Part shown: positions 7,628 through 17,324 of the stretch, piece by piece
How positions within the stretch are numbered: the first letter of the stretch is position 1
Layout of the letters: each line of letters begins with the position of its first letter
Assembly (NCBI GenBank): GCA_017466865.1
Contig: JAFTTI010000014.1
Location: 140,866-204,865 of the forward strand
DNA length: 64,000 nucleotides
Direction of reading: 5' to 3'
DNA from: Oscillospiraceae bacterium
GTDB taxonomy: Bacteria; Bacillota; Clostridia; Oscillospirales; Ruminococcaceae
Notes under the pieces: generated by a model
The model's input: only the letters and a program-made list of their open reading frames with translations
Databases searched by the model: none
What the model was told of the DNA's origin: nothing
Position numbers and translations under genes: made by a program

Positions 7628-10600
7628 TTATTCGTAGAGCTTAGCAAGTCTGCAGAGGTAGTCGTATCTATCCTTAGCATTTGCAGCAGCCTTAGCGAAG
7701 AGTTCCTTAGATCTTTCAGGATTTTCACGAGCAAGTCTGTTGTAACGAACTTCGCCCATGATGAAGTCGTTGTAATCTCCTGTAGGAGCCTTAGAATCGA
7801 GGATGAAAGGATTCTTTCCTTCAGCCTTGAGAGCAGGATTGTATCTGAAGAGGTGCCAGTAGCCAGCTTCAACAGCCTTCTTTTCTTCTGTCATTGCGAT
7901 TGACATACCACCCTTGATACCGTGGTTGATACAAGGAGCGTAACCGATGATGAGTGAAGGTCCGGGATAAGCTTCAGCTTCTGTGATTGCCTTGATACAC
8001 TGGTTCATATCAGCACCCATAGCGATGTGTGCTACATATACATAACCATAGCTCATTGCGATACCAGCGAGGTCCTTCTTCTTAACTTCCTTACCAGCAG
8101 CAGCAAACTGTGCGATAGCACCAGTAGGAGTTGACTTAGATGACTGTCCACCTGTATTTGAGTAAACTTCTGTATCGAATACGAATACATTTACATCTTC
8201 GCCTGATGCGAGAACGTGGTCAACACCGCCGAAACCGATGTCATAAGCCCAACCGTCTCCACCGAAGATCCAGAGTGATTTCTTTCTGAGGTAATCCTTA
8301 AGTGTGAGGATTTCCTTAGCTTCATCACATCCGCAAGCTTCAAGAGCAGCGATGAGTGTATCTGTTGCAGCTGAGTTAGCTGAACCATCGTTAAGTGTTG
8401 AGAGGTAACCTTCGATAGCCTTCTTAACGTCAGCCTTCTTAGCTGTCTTCTGGAGGTTGAGGAGAAGTGCTACTGCTCTCTGACGGAGTGTGTTCTGTGC
8501 AAGGAACATACCGTAACCGAATTCAGCGTTGTCTTCGAAGAGTGAGTTAGCCCAAGCGGGACCCTTACCAGCCTTGTTTGTTGTGTAAGGTGTTGAAGGA
8601 GCAGAACCACCCCAAATTGATGAACAACCTGTTGCGTTTGCGATATACATTCTGTCGCCGAAGAGCTGTGTTACGAGCTTAGCGTAAGGTGTTTCACCAC
8701 AACCTGCGCAAGCGCCTGAGAATTCGAGGAGGGGCTGCTTGAACTGTGAGCCCTTGATTGTTGTTTCCTTGAACTTTTCAAATACTTCCTTCTTATCGGG
8801 AAGTGAAAGTGCGTAGTTGAATACTTCCTGTTCAGCAATCTGAGTTTCGAGAGGCATCATGTTGAGAGCCTTTTCACCCTTCTTACCGGGACATACATTT
8901 ACACATGAACCACAACCTGTGCAGTCGAGTGCAGACATTGTCATAACGAAGTTGTAACCAGCCATACCTGTTACAGGGATAGCCTTGTCCTGAGCAAGCT
9001 TAGGAGCCTTCTTGAGTTCGTCATCTGTCATGATAACAGGACGGATTACAGCGTGAGGACAAACATATGAACAGAAGTTACACTGGATACAGTTTTCGCT
9101 CTTCCATGAAGGAACGTCTACTGCGATACCACGCTTTTCAAATGCAGCTGAACCCTGAGGGAATGTACCGTCAGCCATATCCTTGAATGTTGAAACAGGG
9201 AGCTTGTCACCCTGCTGAGCGTTTACAGGAATCTGGATGTTGTTTACATAGTTTGTGAGTGTCTTGTTGGCAGCTTTAACCTTGCCCATACCCATCTTAG
9301 TATCCTTAGCTGTCTTCCAGCTTGCAGGAACCTTAACTTCAACAATACCCTTAACACCAGCGTCGATAGCGTCGTGGTTCATCTTAACGATAGCTTCACC
9401 CTTCTTTGAGTAAGAACGAGTTGCAGCTTCCTTCATATACTTAACAGCATCCTTTATAGGAATGATGTCTGAAAGCTTAAAGAATGCAGCCTGAAGAACA
9501 GTGTTGATTCTGTTGCCCATGCCTGTTTCTTTACCGATCTTGATACCATCGATTGTGTAGAACTTGATGTTGTTTTCAGCGATGTATCTCTTAACCTGTC
9601 CGGGAAGCTTCTTTTCGAGTTCCTTAGCATCCCACTGGCAGTTGAGAAGGAATGTACCGCCGGGCTTGATGTCTGAAACCATATCGTACTTGTCGATGTA
9701 GCTTTCGTTATGACAAGCAACAAAGTCAGCCATATTTACGAGGTATGTTGACTTGATAGGTGTCTTACCGAAACGGAGGTGTGAAACTGTTACACCGCCT
9801 GACTTCTTTGAGTCATATGAGAAGTATGCCTGAGCATACATATCTGTGTGGTCACCGATGATCTTGATTGAGTTCTTGTTAGCACCAACAGTACCGTCTG
9901 AACCGAGACCCCAGAACTTACATGCTGTTGTTCCAGCAGGAGCACTGTCGAGGTTGCCTTCGAGAGGAAGTGAGAGATTTGTAACATCGTCTTCGATACC
10001 GATTGTGAATCTCTGCTTGAAATCTTCCTTCCATGAAGCGTTCCAGTAAACAGCCTTGATCTGTGCAGGAGTTGTATCCTTAGAACCGAGACCGTAACGG
10101 CCTGAAGCGATAGGTGTGTTGTTGAACTTAGAGCCCTTGAGAGCAGCAACAACGTCGAGGTAGAGAGGTTCACCGATTGAGCCGGGTTCCTTAGTTCTGT
10201 CGAGAACAGAGATCTGTTCAACTGAATCAGGAATAGCTTCGATGAGCTTTTCTGCAACGAAAGGTCTGTAAAGACGAACCTTGATAAGACCGAGTGTGTG
10301 GCCCTGTGCGTTGAGGAAGTCGATTGTTTCTTCGATTGTATCTGTTACAGAACCCATAGCAATGATGATATGTGTTGCCTGAGGATGTCCGTAGTAGTTG
10401 AAGAGCTTGTAGTCTGTGCCGATTTCCTTGTTAACCTTCTTCATGTATTCTTCAACAACTGAAGGAATGTTGTCGTAGTATGAGTTACATGCTTCTCTTG
10501 CCTGGAAGAAGATATCAGGGTTCTGAGCTGTACCGCGGAGAACAGGATGTTCAGGGTTGAGTGAACGGTTTCTGAATGCCTGAGCAGCCTTCATGTCAAC

Positions 10601-11182
10601 CATCTTCTTGAGTGTTTCTGTATCCCATGTTTCAATCTTCTGGATTTCGTGTGATGTACGGAAACCATCGAAGAAATGAAGGAAAGGAACTCTACCCTTG
10701 ATTGTTGAAAGGTGTGCAACAGCACCGAGGTCCATAACTTCCTGGGGGTTTGATGAACAGAGCATAGCAAAACCTGTCTGACGACAAGCGTAGATGTCTG
10801 AGTGGTCACCAAAGATTGAGAGAGCGTGTGATGCGAGTGCACGTGCAGAAACGTGGATTACGCAGGGGAGAAGTTCGCCGGCGATCTTATACATGTTAGG
10901 GATCATAAGGAGAAGACCCTGTGATGCAGTATAAGTTGTTGTGAGAGCACCAGCTGCGAGTGAGCCGTGTACAGTACCAGCTGCACCTGCTTCAGACTGC
11001 ATTTCAGCAACCTTTACAGGCTGTCCGAACATGTTTGTCTGTCCTGCTGCAGACCAAATGTCTGTAACCTCAGCCATTACTGAGGAAGGAGTGATGGGGT
11101 AGATAGCAGCAACGTCTGTAAAGGGGTATGACGCCCATGCGGCAGCGTTGTTACCATCCATGGTTTTCATTTTTCTAGCCAT
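7628..11182 (-). CDS. nifJ: pyruvate:ferredoxin (flavodoxin) oxidoreductase, single-polypeptide type
   Basis: 1184 aa with the N-terminus MDGNNAAAWASYPFTDVAAIYPITPSS. Two 4Fe-4S motifs are present (CIQCNFCSYVCPH and CTGCGSCVNVCP), plus the TPP region GGDGWAYDIGFGG. The start was re-picked at ATG 11182 behind AGGAGG; the ORF track extends to 11266. Confidence 0.97.
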   Translation of the reverse strand: MARKMKTMDGNNAAAWASYPFTDVAAIYPITPSSVMAEVTDIWSAAGQTNMFGQPVKVAEMQSEAGAAGTVHGSLAAGALTTTYTASQGLLLMIPNMYKIAGELLPCVIHVSARALASHALSIFGDHSDIYACRQTGFAMLCSSNPQEVMDLGAVAHLSTIKGRVPFLHFFDGFRTSHEIQKIETWDTETLKKMVDMKAAQAFRNRSLNPEHPVLRGTAQNPDIFFQAREACNSYYDNIPSVVEEYMKKVNKEIGTDYKLFNYYGHPQATHIIIAMGSVTDTIEETIDFLNAQGHTLGLIKVRLYRPFVAEKLIEAIPDSVEQISVLDRTKEPGSIGEPLYLDVVAALKGSKFNNTPIASGRYGLGSKDTTPAQIKAVYWNASWKEDFKQRFTIGIEDDVTNLSLPLEGNLDSAPAGTTACKFWGLGSDGTVGANKNSIKIIGDHTDMYAQAYFSYDSKKSGGVTVSHLRFGKTPIKSTYLVNMADFVACHNESYIDKYDMVSDIKPGGTFLLNCQWDAKELEKKLPGQVKRYIAENNIKFYTIDGIKIGKETGMGNRINTVLQAAFFKLSDIIPIKDAVKYMKEAATRSYSKKGEAIVKMNHDAIDAGVKGIVEVKVPASWKTAKDTKMGMGKVKAANKTLTNYVNNIQIPVNAQQGDKLPVSTFKDMADGTFPQGSAAFEKRGIAVDVPSWKSENCIQCNFCSYVCPHAVIRPVIMTDDELKKAPKLAQDKAIPVTGMAGYNFVMTMSALDCTGCGSCVNVCPGKKGEKALNMMPLETQIAEQEVFNYALSLPDKKEVFEKFKETTIKGSQFKQPLLEFSGACAGCGETPYAKLVTQLFGDRMYIANATGCSSIWGGSAPSTPYTTNKAGKGPAWANSLFEDNAEFGYGMFLAQNTLRQRAVALLLNLQKTAKKADVKKAIEGYLSTLNDGSANSAATDTLIAALEACGCDEAKEILTLKDYLRKKSLWIFGGDGWAYDIGFGGVDHVLASGEDVNVFVFDTEVYSNTGGQSSKSTPTGAIAQFAAAGKEVKKKDLAGIAMSYGYVYVAHIAMGADMNQCIKAITEAEAYPGPSLIIGYAPCINHGIKGGMSIAMTEEKKAVEAGYWHLFRYNPALKAEGKNPFILDSKAPTGDYNDFIMGEVRYNRLARENPERSKELFAKAAANAKDRYDYLCRLAKLYE

Positions 11183-11256
11183 TTCAGTAAGCCTCCTAAA
11201 AAATTGAACTGATGATGTTATGATGCAAACTTTTCTGTTTGCAACTTTACCCGATA

Positions 11257-11285
11257 ATTCTAACACATATTTTATAAAATGTAAA
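11257..11285 (-). promoter_or_regulatory. putative sigma-A promoter of nifJ
   Basis: On the minus strand: TTTACA, a 17-nt spacer, then TGT-TAGAAT (extended -10 like), ~75 nt upstream of the ATG. Confidence 0.45.
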
Positions 11286-11598
11286 GAGAATGAATTAAAA
11301 TTTAAAGATAAATTTACTTTTAATTTTCAAAAAAATTCATTTCAGATGAAAAAAATCATCCGCCTTTGTTGTGTTATTGTTGAACACTTTTGCTTTAAGA
11401 TGTTATATCTGCACAAATACGAATGACAAAAAATTAACAATATTGTTTAAAACAGAGTTTTTTCTGAAAATGATAAAATATTACAGAATGGTTACAAATG
11501 GGTTTCAGTTTGATTACAATTTTTTTATTGGTATAAAAAAGGCTGATTTTATGCGATTTTTCGGAATTTTTTGCAATATCTTCCTTATAGCGTTACTG

Positions 11599-11627
11599 TT
11601 GACTTTTATTAATTTTTATTGTATAAT
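11599..11627 (+). promoter_or_regulatory. putative sigma-A promoter of the CNNM-family gene
   Basis: TTGACT (11599-11604), a 17-nt spacer, then TATAAT (11622-11627). Confidence 0.5.
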
Positions 11628-11698
11628 CATTTTATATGTGAAATTTTATTTTTGCGTATAATCAATCAACAAAACCTATTGTGTATCGGGGGATAGAA

Positions 11699-13078
11699 AT
11701 GATTTCTGACAGTAGTCGATTGTCCGTTGTTTTTACGGAAACCGATATCTCCGGGTGGGGAATTGCGGTCATTGTTATCATCGTTCTTTTAAGGGCATTT
11801 TTCACGCTATGTGAATTTGCCGTTACAGAAATAAACGATAGCGTTGTCAAGGATTTTGAAAACGAAAAAGGCGGGAAGAAAATTCTCTCATCTGTTCTTT
11901 CAAAACCATCTGCAATGATAACTACTTTTTCCGCAAACAGAATTCTATCAGCAGTTGTTATATCGCTATGTTCATTTACGGTATTCTTTCCTTCACTTTA
12001 TAAATGTATTATAAAGTTTTTTGAAGAAAATTATTTCGCCGATGAACTTTCGATGATAATATCAGCATTGATAATCGTTTTATCGACAGTTGTTGTTATG
12101 ACGGTTTTCAGCGACAGAATTCCAAAGAGAATTGCTATGGCTGCAGATTCGGTATCACTTGCCGTATTTGTTGCATTGCCTGTAAGAATTCTTATAATAC
12201 TCCTCACTCCTCTAACCGCTTTATGCGGACTTCTTACAAAGTTATTTTCTTTTCTCTTCGGTCTTTCGCAGACAGATGAAAGAGATATAGCAACAGAAGA
12301 AGAAATACTTATGCTTGTTGACGCGCGCAACGAAACGGGTGAACTTGAAGAATCGCAGAAAGAAATGATAAGCAATATCTTTGAGTTTGACGATACCTTA
12401 GCAGGTGATGTCATGACACACCGTACAGACATTGACGCGGTTGACATAAAAGCGAAAGTTCCTGATGTAATCCGCCTTGCGATTGATTCGGGTCGTTCGA
12501 GAATTCCTGTTTATGAAAACACAATAGACAGCATACTCGGGTTCGTATGCGTTAAAGACCTTCTCTGTCTTATAGGATGTGAGAATGTCGAAGGTTTTGA
12601 GGTGAAAAACTTTATAAGAGATGTTCTTTATGTTCCGGGAACGAACTCCTGCGGGGAAGTTTTTGAAATGATGCGTAAGAACAAGGCTCAACTTGCTGTT
12701 GTTGTCGATGAATACGGCGGAACGGCAGGACTTATCACGATGGAAGACATACTTGAATCCATAGTCGGAAATATTCAGGATGAATATGATAATGACACCG
12801 AAGAAATTGTTGAGGTTTCAGAAGGAACTTACATGATTTCGGGAACATCCGACCCTGAAGAAATACTTTCTGTTCTCGGAAAAGAACTCCCTGAAGAACA
12901 CGAGTATGATACAATGGGCGGATTTATAACAGACCTTCTCGGGCGTATACCCGAGGAAAACGAAAATGCCTCGGTGGTTTACGAGGACATTGAATTCACC
13001 GTTTTGATAACGGAGGAAAAAAGAATAACCAAAATAAAAGCGGTTGTTCTTAACGATAAAACCCAAAACAAAGAATGA
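11699..13078 (+). CDS. CNNM/HlyC-CorC family transporter (DUF21 + CBS pair + CorC_HlyC)
   Basis: Four N-terminal TM helices are followed by a CBS pair (DVMTHRTDIDAV ... LAVVVDEYGGTAGLITMEDILE) and a C-terminal CorC/HlyC transporter-associated domain. The start was re-picked at ATG 11699 behind GGGGGA. Confidence 0.85.
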   Translation: MISDSSRLSVVFTETDISGWGIAVIVIIVLLRAFFTLCEFAVTEINDSVVKDFENEKGGKKILSSVLSKPSAMITTFSANRILSAVVISLCSFTVFFPSLYKCIIKFFEENYFADELSMIISALIIVLSTVVVMTVFSDRIPKRIAMAADSVSLAVFVALPVRILIILLTPLTALCGLLTKLFSFLFGLSQTDERDIATEEEILMLVDARNETGELEESQKEMISNIFEFDDTLAGDVMTHRTDIDAVDIKAKVPDVIRLAIDSGRSRIPVYENTIDSILGFVCVKDLLCLIGCENVEGFEVKNFIRDVLYVPGTNSCGEVFEMMRKNKAQLAVVVDEYGGTAGLITMEDILESIVGNIQDEYDNDTEEIVEVSEGTYMISGTSDPEEILSVLGKELPEEHEYDTMGGFITDLLGRIPEENENASVVYEDIEFTVLITEEKRITKIKAVVLNDKTQNKE

Positions 13079-13095
13079 AAAGGAGAGTCGTTACG

Positions 13096-14610
13096 ATGAA
13101 AAGAAAGTCATCAGCGCTTCTTGCACTTGTTATGACGGTCATGATGTCAGTGTCCGTTTTCTCAGGATGTAAGAAAAAAGAAATCGAAAACACACCCGTA
13201 GACACTGCTACAACAGTTGCAGTAGTTGGCGACACATGGGATTGTCCTGCTTGTGGTCAGGCGGCAGTTTCATCAAAGTTCTGCCCTAACTGTGGCGAAG
13301 CTAAGGACTGGACATGTCCTTCATGCGGACAGGCAGGCGTAACAACAAAGTTCTGCCCCAACTGTGGAACAGCTAAAGAAGGCGACGCATCTGCTCCCAC
13401 AACAGAAGCAACAGTAGCTACTGATGCTCCTGAAGCAACAACAGTAGCAACAACAGCTCCTACAGCAGCACCTACTGCTGCTCCCACAACCGCACCAACA
13501 GCAGCTCCTACAGCAGCACCAACAACAGCTCCTACAACTATAGCTACTGTTCCACCTACAACAACAGCTAAGCAGGAAGCTCCTTCAGCTTACATCAAGA
13601 ACGCAAACAGATATGTTTACGGTACACTTTCAGATGCTGAAAAGAAGGCTTATGTTGACATCTACACAGGCATAAAGAACCGTGATTCAAAGATTACAAC
13701 TTCTGCAAATGTCAGCGCAGATAAGTTCAAGGAAATCGTAATGGATGTTATCTATCAGGAACCTACAAACTATGTTCCTATGGGCGGTACATTCAGCGGA
13801 ACAACATTCAGCCCCAAATACTCATTCACAGCATCAGAAGCGGCAGCAATGGACAAGGCTTGCGATAACGCTATGTCAAAGATTCAGGCTAAATTCCCCG
13901 CAAACGCATCTGATTTCGATAAGGTTAAGGCTATCCATGACTACATCGTTCAGAACACAGTATTCTCAAAGGACAACAAGTACAGTGCTTATGCTTACGG
14001 TCCTCTCGTTGCAGGCGTTGCACAGTGTGAAGGTTATGCAAAGGCTATGACATACGCTCTCACATATTTCGGACTTGAAAATGTTCGTATGACAGGTACA
14101 AAATACGATGGTCTTTCACACGCTTGGAACAAGGTTAAGGTTTCAGGCAAGTGGTATAACATTGACGCTACATGGGATGAATACTACACAGAAAAGTCAT
14201 CTAAGGCAATCAGATACACATTCTTCCTTATCCCTGATACAGGCATTATGAGCGGAAGCGGAAGAAACTACATTCCTCAGTGCACATTCACACCTCCTTC
14301 AGCGTCATCATGGGATAATAACTACTTTGTAAAGTCAGGCTACTATGCAACATCTCTTGCTGAAGCAAAGACAAAGATGCAGCAGGCTGCTATCAATGCT
14401 GCCAAGAACAAGCAGGAAGTAATCCAGATCAAGTGTAGCGATAAGAGCGTTTATGATCAGGCAAGTGCTTGGCTTAAGTCAAATTACGCAGGTATTGTTA
14501 ATACAGTTAATAAGACATCAGGTTGCTATCAGTGTACTGCCAAGTCACTCGGCGACACATCATTCCTTACAACAGATAAATATATCATTGAACTCGTTGT
14601 AACATACTAA
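13096..14610 (+). CDS. transglutaminase-like (Cys-His-Asp) lipoprotein with a double zinc ribbon and a Pro/Thr/Ala linker; paralog 1 of 4
   Basis: AAAGGAGAG RBS. The lipobox is VFSGC. The zinc ribbon is 2 x (CPxCG-x9-FCPNCG). An (APTA)n linker follows. The core has AQCEGYAKA (Cys), LSHAWNKV (His) and YNIDATWDE (Asp). Confidence 0.8.
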   Translation: MKRKSSALLALVMTVMMSVSVFSGCKKKEIENTPVDTATTVAVVGDTWDCPACGQAAVSSKFCPNCGEAKDWTCPSCGQAGVTTKFCPNCGTAKEGDASAPTTEATVATDAPEATTVATTAPTAAPTAAPTTAPTAAPTAAPTTAPTTIATVPPTTTAKQEAPSAYIKNANRYVYGTLSDAEKKAYVDIYTGIKNRDSKITTSANVSADKFKEIVMDVIYQEPTNYVPMGGTFSGTTFSPKYSFTASEAAAMDKACDNAMSKIQAKFPANASDFDKVKAIHDYIVQNTVFSKDNKYSAYAYGPLVAGVAQCEGYAKAMTYALTYFGLENVRMTGTKYDGLSHAWNKVKVSGKWYNIDATWDEYYTEKSSKAIRYTFFLIPDTGIMSGSGRNYIPQCTFTPPSASSWDNNYFVKSGYYATSLAEAKTKMQQAAINAAKNKQEVIQIKCSDKSVYDQASAWLKSNYAGIVNTVNKTSGCYQCTAKSLGDTSFLTTDKYIIELVVTY

Positions 14611-14626
14611 TAGTGACATAACTTAA

Positions 14627-14666
14627 TTTTCGGGGCGGGTAAAATCGCCCCGAAATAAGTTTTTTA
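14627..14666 (+). terminator. intrinsic terminator
   Basis: Hairpin TTCGGGGCG-loop-CGCCCCGAA followed by a T-rich tail. Confidence 0.7.
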
Positions 14667-14683
14667 TGAAAGGTTTGAAAAAA

Positions 14684-15886
14684 ATGAAAAAAAGAATATT
14701 ATCGATAATCCTTGCGGCTATGATGACTGTTGTTTTCACAGCCTGTTCAAAGACAACTACCGATGATGCAAATAATCCTTCAGGAAACGATACACCCGCG
14801 GTTACAGATTCTGTAAATAGCGGAGAAACAGATGCTCCTTCAGCTGACGGAAACGGTGCTACACAGACAGTTTCTGTTCCTAAATATGTTTATAACACTC
14901 TTCCTGATGAAGAAAAGGCTATTTATGACAAGATTCTCACAGCGGTTCAGAACTTTGAAACAGAAGTTGACCTTGGCGGAGAATATCCTACAGAAGTAGT
15001 TTTAAGAACATATAAAAATGTATTCTTCCAGGAACCTGAAATTTTCTGGTTCTATGCAACAAACGAACAGTTTTCATCAGCAGGCGACACAATGTCAAAG
15101 GTTGCTTTACAGTACAGATACGACCAGGCAATGTGTGAAAATATGAAGAAATCTCTTCAGAATTCACTTAACGACATTGAAAAGCAGTTCCCTGAAAACG
15201 CAACAGATGTTGATAAGGTAATTACAATTCACGATTACATCATCAACAGAACAGTTTTCTCAAAGGATGACATCTATTCAAAGAATGCTTACGGTGCACT
15301 TGTTGGCGGATATTCACAGTGTGAAGGTTACGCTAAGGGACTTGCTTATGCTTGTAACTATTTCGGAATTGAAAATGTAAGAATTACAGGTAACAAGTAT
15401 GACAACAACTCACACGCATGGTCAAAGGTCAAGATTGACGGCAAGTGGTATAATGTCGATGTTACATGGGATGACCCCGAAAGTTCAAACGGCGAACAGC
15501 TTTTAAGACACAACTATCTTTTCGTTCCCGACTCAGCAATCAACGATATTACTCATATCGTTATCTGCGATTTCGTTCCTCCCGTTGCTGATTCAGCAGA
15601 TGTTGACTATTTCAAGCATAAGGGGCTTTATGCAAATACAAAGGAAGAAGCCGTTTCACTTCTCCATGACCACATCGTTGAACAGGCTAAGAACGGCGAA
15701 ACAGTTTGTCAGGTTAAATGCGCAAACGAAGAAGTTTATAAGGCTGCTCTCGATGAACTCATCCAGAAGGGTGGACATCAGAAGATTTCTGAAGACGCAA
15801 AGGCTCAGAATTCTCAGTTCTCATCATTCGGTCTCATGAACGATGACCAGCTCTATATCATTCATTTCAATATCAAGTATAACTAA
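14684..15886 (+). CDS. transglutaminase-like lipoprotein, paralog 2 of 4
   Basis: Lipobox FTAC. Catalytic motifs are SQCEGYAKG, NSHAWSKV and YNVDVTWDD. It shares the N-terminal helical motif YVYNTLPDEEKAIYDKI. The start was re-picked at ATG 14684 because ATG 14666 overlaps the terminator. Confidence 0.8.
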   Translation: MKKRILSIILAAMMTVVFTACSKTTTDDANNPSGNDTPAVTDSVNSGETDAPSADGNGATQTVSVPKYVYNTLPDEEKAIYDKILTAVQNFETEVDLGGEYPTEVVLRTYKNVFFQEPEIFWFYATNEQFSSAGDTMSKVALQYRYDQAMCENMKKSLQNSLNDIEKQFPENATDVDKVITIHDYIINRTVFSKDDIYSKNAYGALVGGYSQCEGYAKGLAYACNYFGIENVRITGNKYDNNSHAWSKVKIDGKWYNVDVTWDDPESSNGEQLLRHNYLFVPDSAINDITHIVICDFVPPVADSADVDYFKHKGLYANTKEEAVSLLHDHIVEQAKNGETVCQVKCANEEVYKAALDELIQKGGHQKISEDAKAQNSQFSSFGLMNDDQLYIIHFNIKYN

Positions 15887-15904
15887 TTTTCTCGGAAGGT
15901 GGGA

Positions 15905-17314
15905 ATGAAAATGAAAAACAGACTCTATGCCATAGCAGGACTTATATTTTCTGTCATTATGGCTTTTTCAGGCTGTGACTCAGATTTCTTCCCACTTGAA
16001 GAAAACCCCTATAAACAAACGGAAACAACAGTTTCCGTATCGGAGACGGCTCCGACATATTACACGGAGCCGTTTATTCCGATAGAAACAACAGAAGAAC
16101 CTGTTTCTGAAACAACAGAAACTACTACAACTTTCGAAGAAACAACAACTCCCGAAACTACAACTACTACTGTTGAAACAACAACAGAAGTAACTACTAC
16201 AACAACGGTTGCAACAACCACTCCCGCAGTGACAGAAACTGCACCACAAACTACGAAAACAACGACCGCAATATCTCTTTCAGTACCCTCGGCTCCAAGA
16301 AAAGAGATATACAGGTCTTATGCATATAATACACTCACAGAAAAAGAAAAAAAGGCTTATGATATCTTTGAAGGAGCAGCGGTTTCTCTTTCAAATAAAG
16401 CCGATTTTGAAGGACTTTCGCTGACAAAAGAAGAACTCGAAAAAGTAGTTTACGCTTTTGACCTTTATGAGCCTTTATATTCCTATGTTTCTCTCGAAAA
16501 CTGTATGGTAAGAGGGAGAAACGGAATAGTAAAAGATGTTGATATGGCTTATTATTACGATAAGTCAACGCACAGTAAAATGACATCTGCTGCTGTTTCT
16601 GAAGCGGATAAGATAATTGCAAAAGTTACTCCGAAGATGAGCGATTACGAAGTTCTTAAACTTTTCCACGATGAAATTATAAAAAGATGTGTTTATGATA
16701 AAACAGCACAGAACAGAAACTTTATGTATGGTGTTCTCGTTGAAGGAAGAGCAACCTGCACAGGATATGCAAAAACTTTCCAGTATCTCTGCAACAGGGT
16801 AGGTATCGAAAATACTTGTGTTTTCGGTAACGCAGGCGGAGAGGGTCATATGTGGAATATGGTAAAGCTTGACGGGGAATGGTATGAAGTAGATACCACC
16901 TGGGATGATACAACTCTCGATGATTTTGACAATGAAATTTTCTATGAGTTTTTCCTTGTGGATACCGCTAAAATGAGTGATAGACAGTTATTTGACTATA
17001 ATTACAACAAACCCGTTGCTTACGGAAAGAAATACTACTACTACAATGTTACGGGAACATACGCACAGTCTATCGGTGAACTGAAAACAGTTATAAAAAA
17101 TTCTCTTAAAAATGCTATAAAGGAAAATAAAACCTGTGCACAGGCGATGTGCTCTGACAGAGCGATCGCCGATGCTGTTGCAGACCTTGCAAATTCAGGC
17201 GAACTTTTTTATCTTGTTACTGAGGTAGAAAAGGAAACAGGCTATACATTCAATAAAGCCGAAATGAAATATTATACTCTCGAAAATGCAAATATGATAC
17301 TTATAACATTCTGA
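15905..17314 (+). CDS. transglutaminase-like lipoprotein, paralog 3 of 4 (Thr/Glu-rich linker)
   Basis: Lipobox FSGC and a T/E-rich linker. Catalytic motifs are ATCTGYAKT, EGHMWNMV and YEVDTTWDD. Possible starts are ATG 15905 or 15911. Confidence 0.8.
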   Translation: MKMKNRLYAIAGLIFSVIMAFSGCDSDFFPLEENPYKQTETTVSVSETAPTYYTEPFIPIETTEEPVSETTETTTTFEETTTPETTTTTVETTTEVTTTTTVATTTPAVTETAPQTTKTTTAISLSVPSAPRKEIYRSYAYNTLTEKEKKAYDIFEGAAVSLSNKADFEGLSLTKEELEKVVYAFDLYEPLYSYVSLENCMVRGRNGIVKDVDMAYYYDKSTHSKMTSAAVSEADKIIAKVTPKMSDYEVLKLFHDEIIKRCVYDKTAQNRNFMYGVLVEGRATCTGYAKTFQYLCNRVGIENTCVFGNAGGEGHMWNMVKLDGEWYEVDTTWDDTTLDDFDNEIFYEFFLVDTAKMSDRQLFDYNYNKPVAYGKKYYYYNVTGTYAQSIGELKTVIKNSLKNAIKENKTCAQAMCSDRAIADAVADLANSGELFYLVTEVEKETGYTFNKAEMKYYTLENANMILITF

Positions 17315-17324
17315 TAGAAAAGGG

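Noticed and set aside
11220-11661. Three small ORFs (68, 96 and 62 aa) in the nifJ/CNNM intergenic region
   Set aside because: Their translations are low-complexity and AT-driven, with no Shine-Dalgarno sequences, and they overlap the predicted promoters.
13430-13560. Short direct repeats (also 16080-16260) that could look like a repeat array
   Set aside because: They are in-frame coding low-complexity linkers ((APTA)n and T/E-rich) inside the lipoprotein genes. There are no spacers or a constant repeat length, so this is not a CRISPR.
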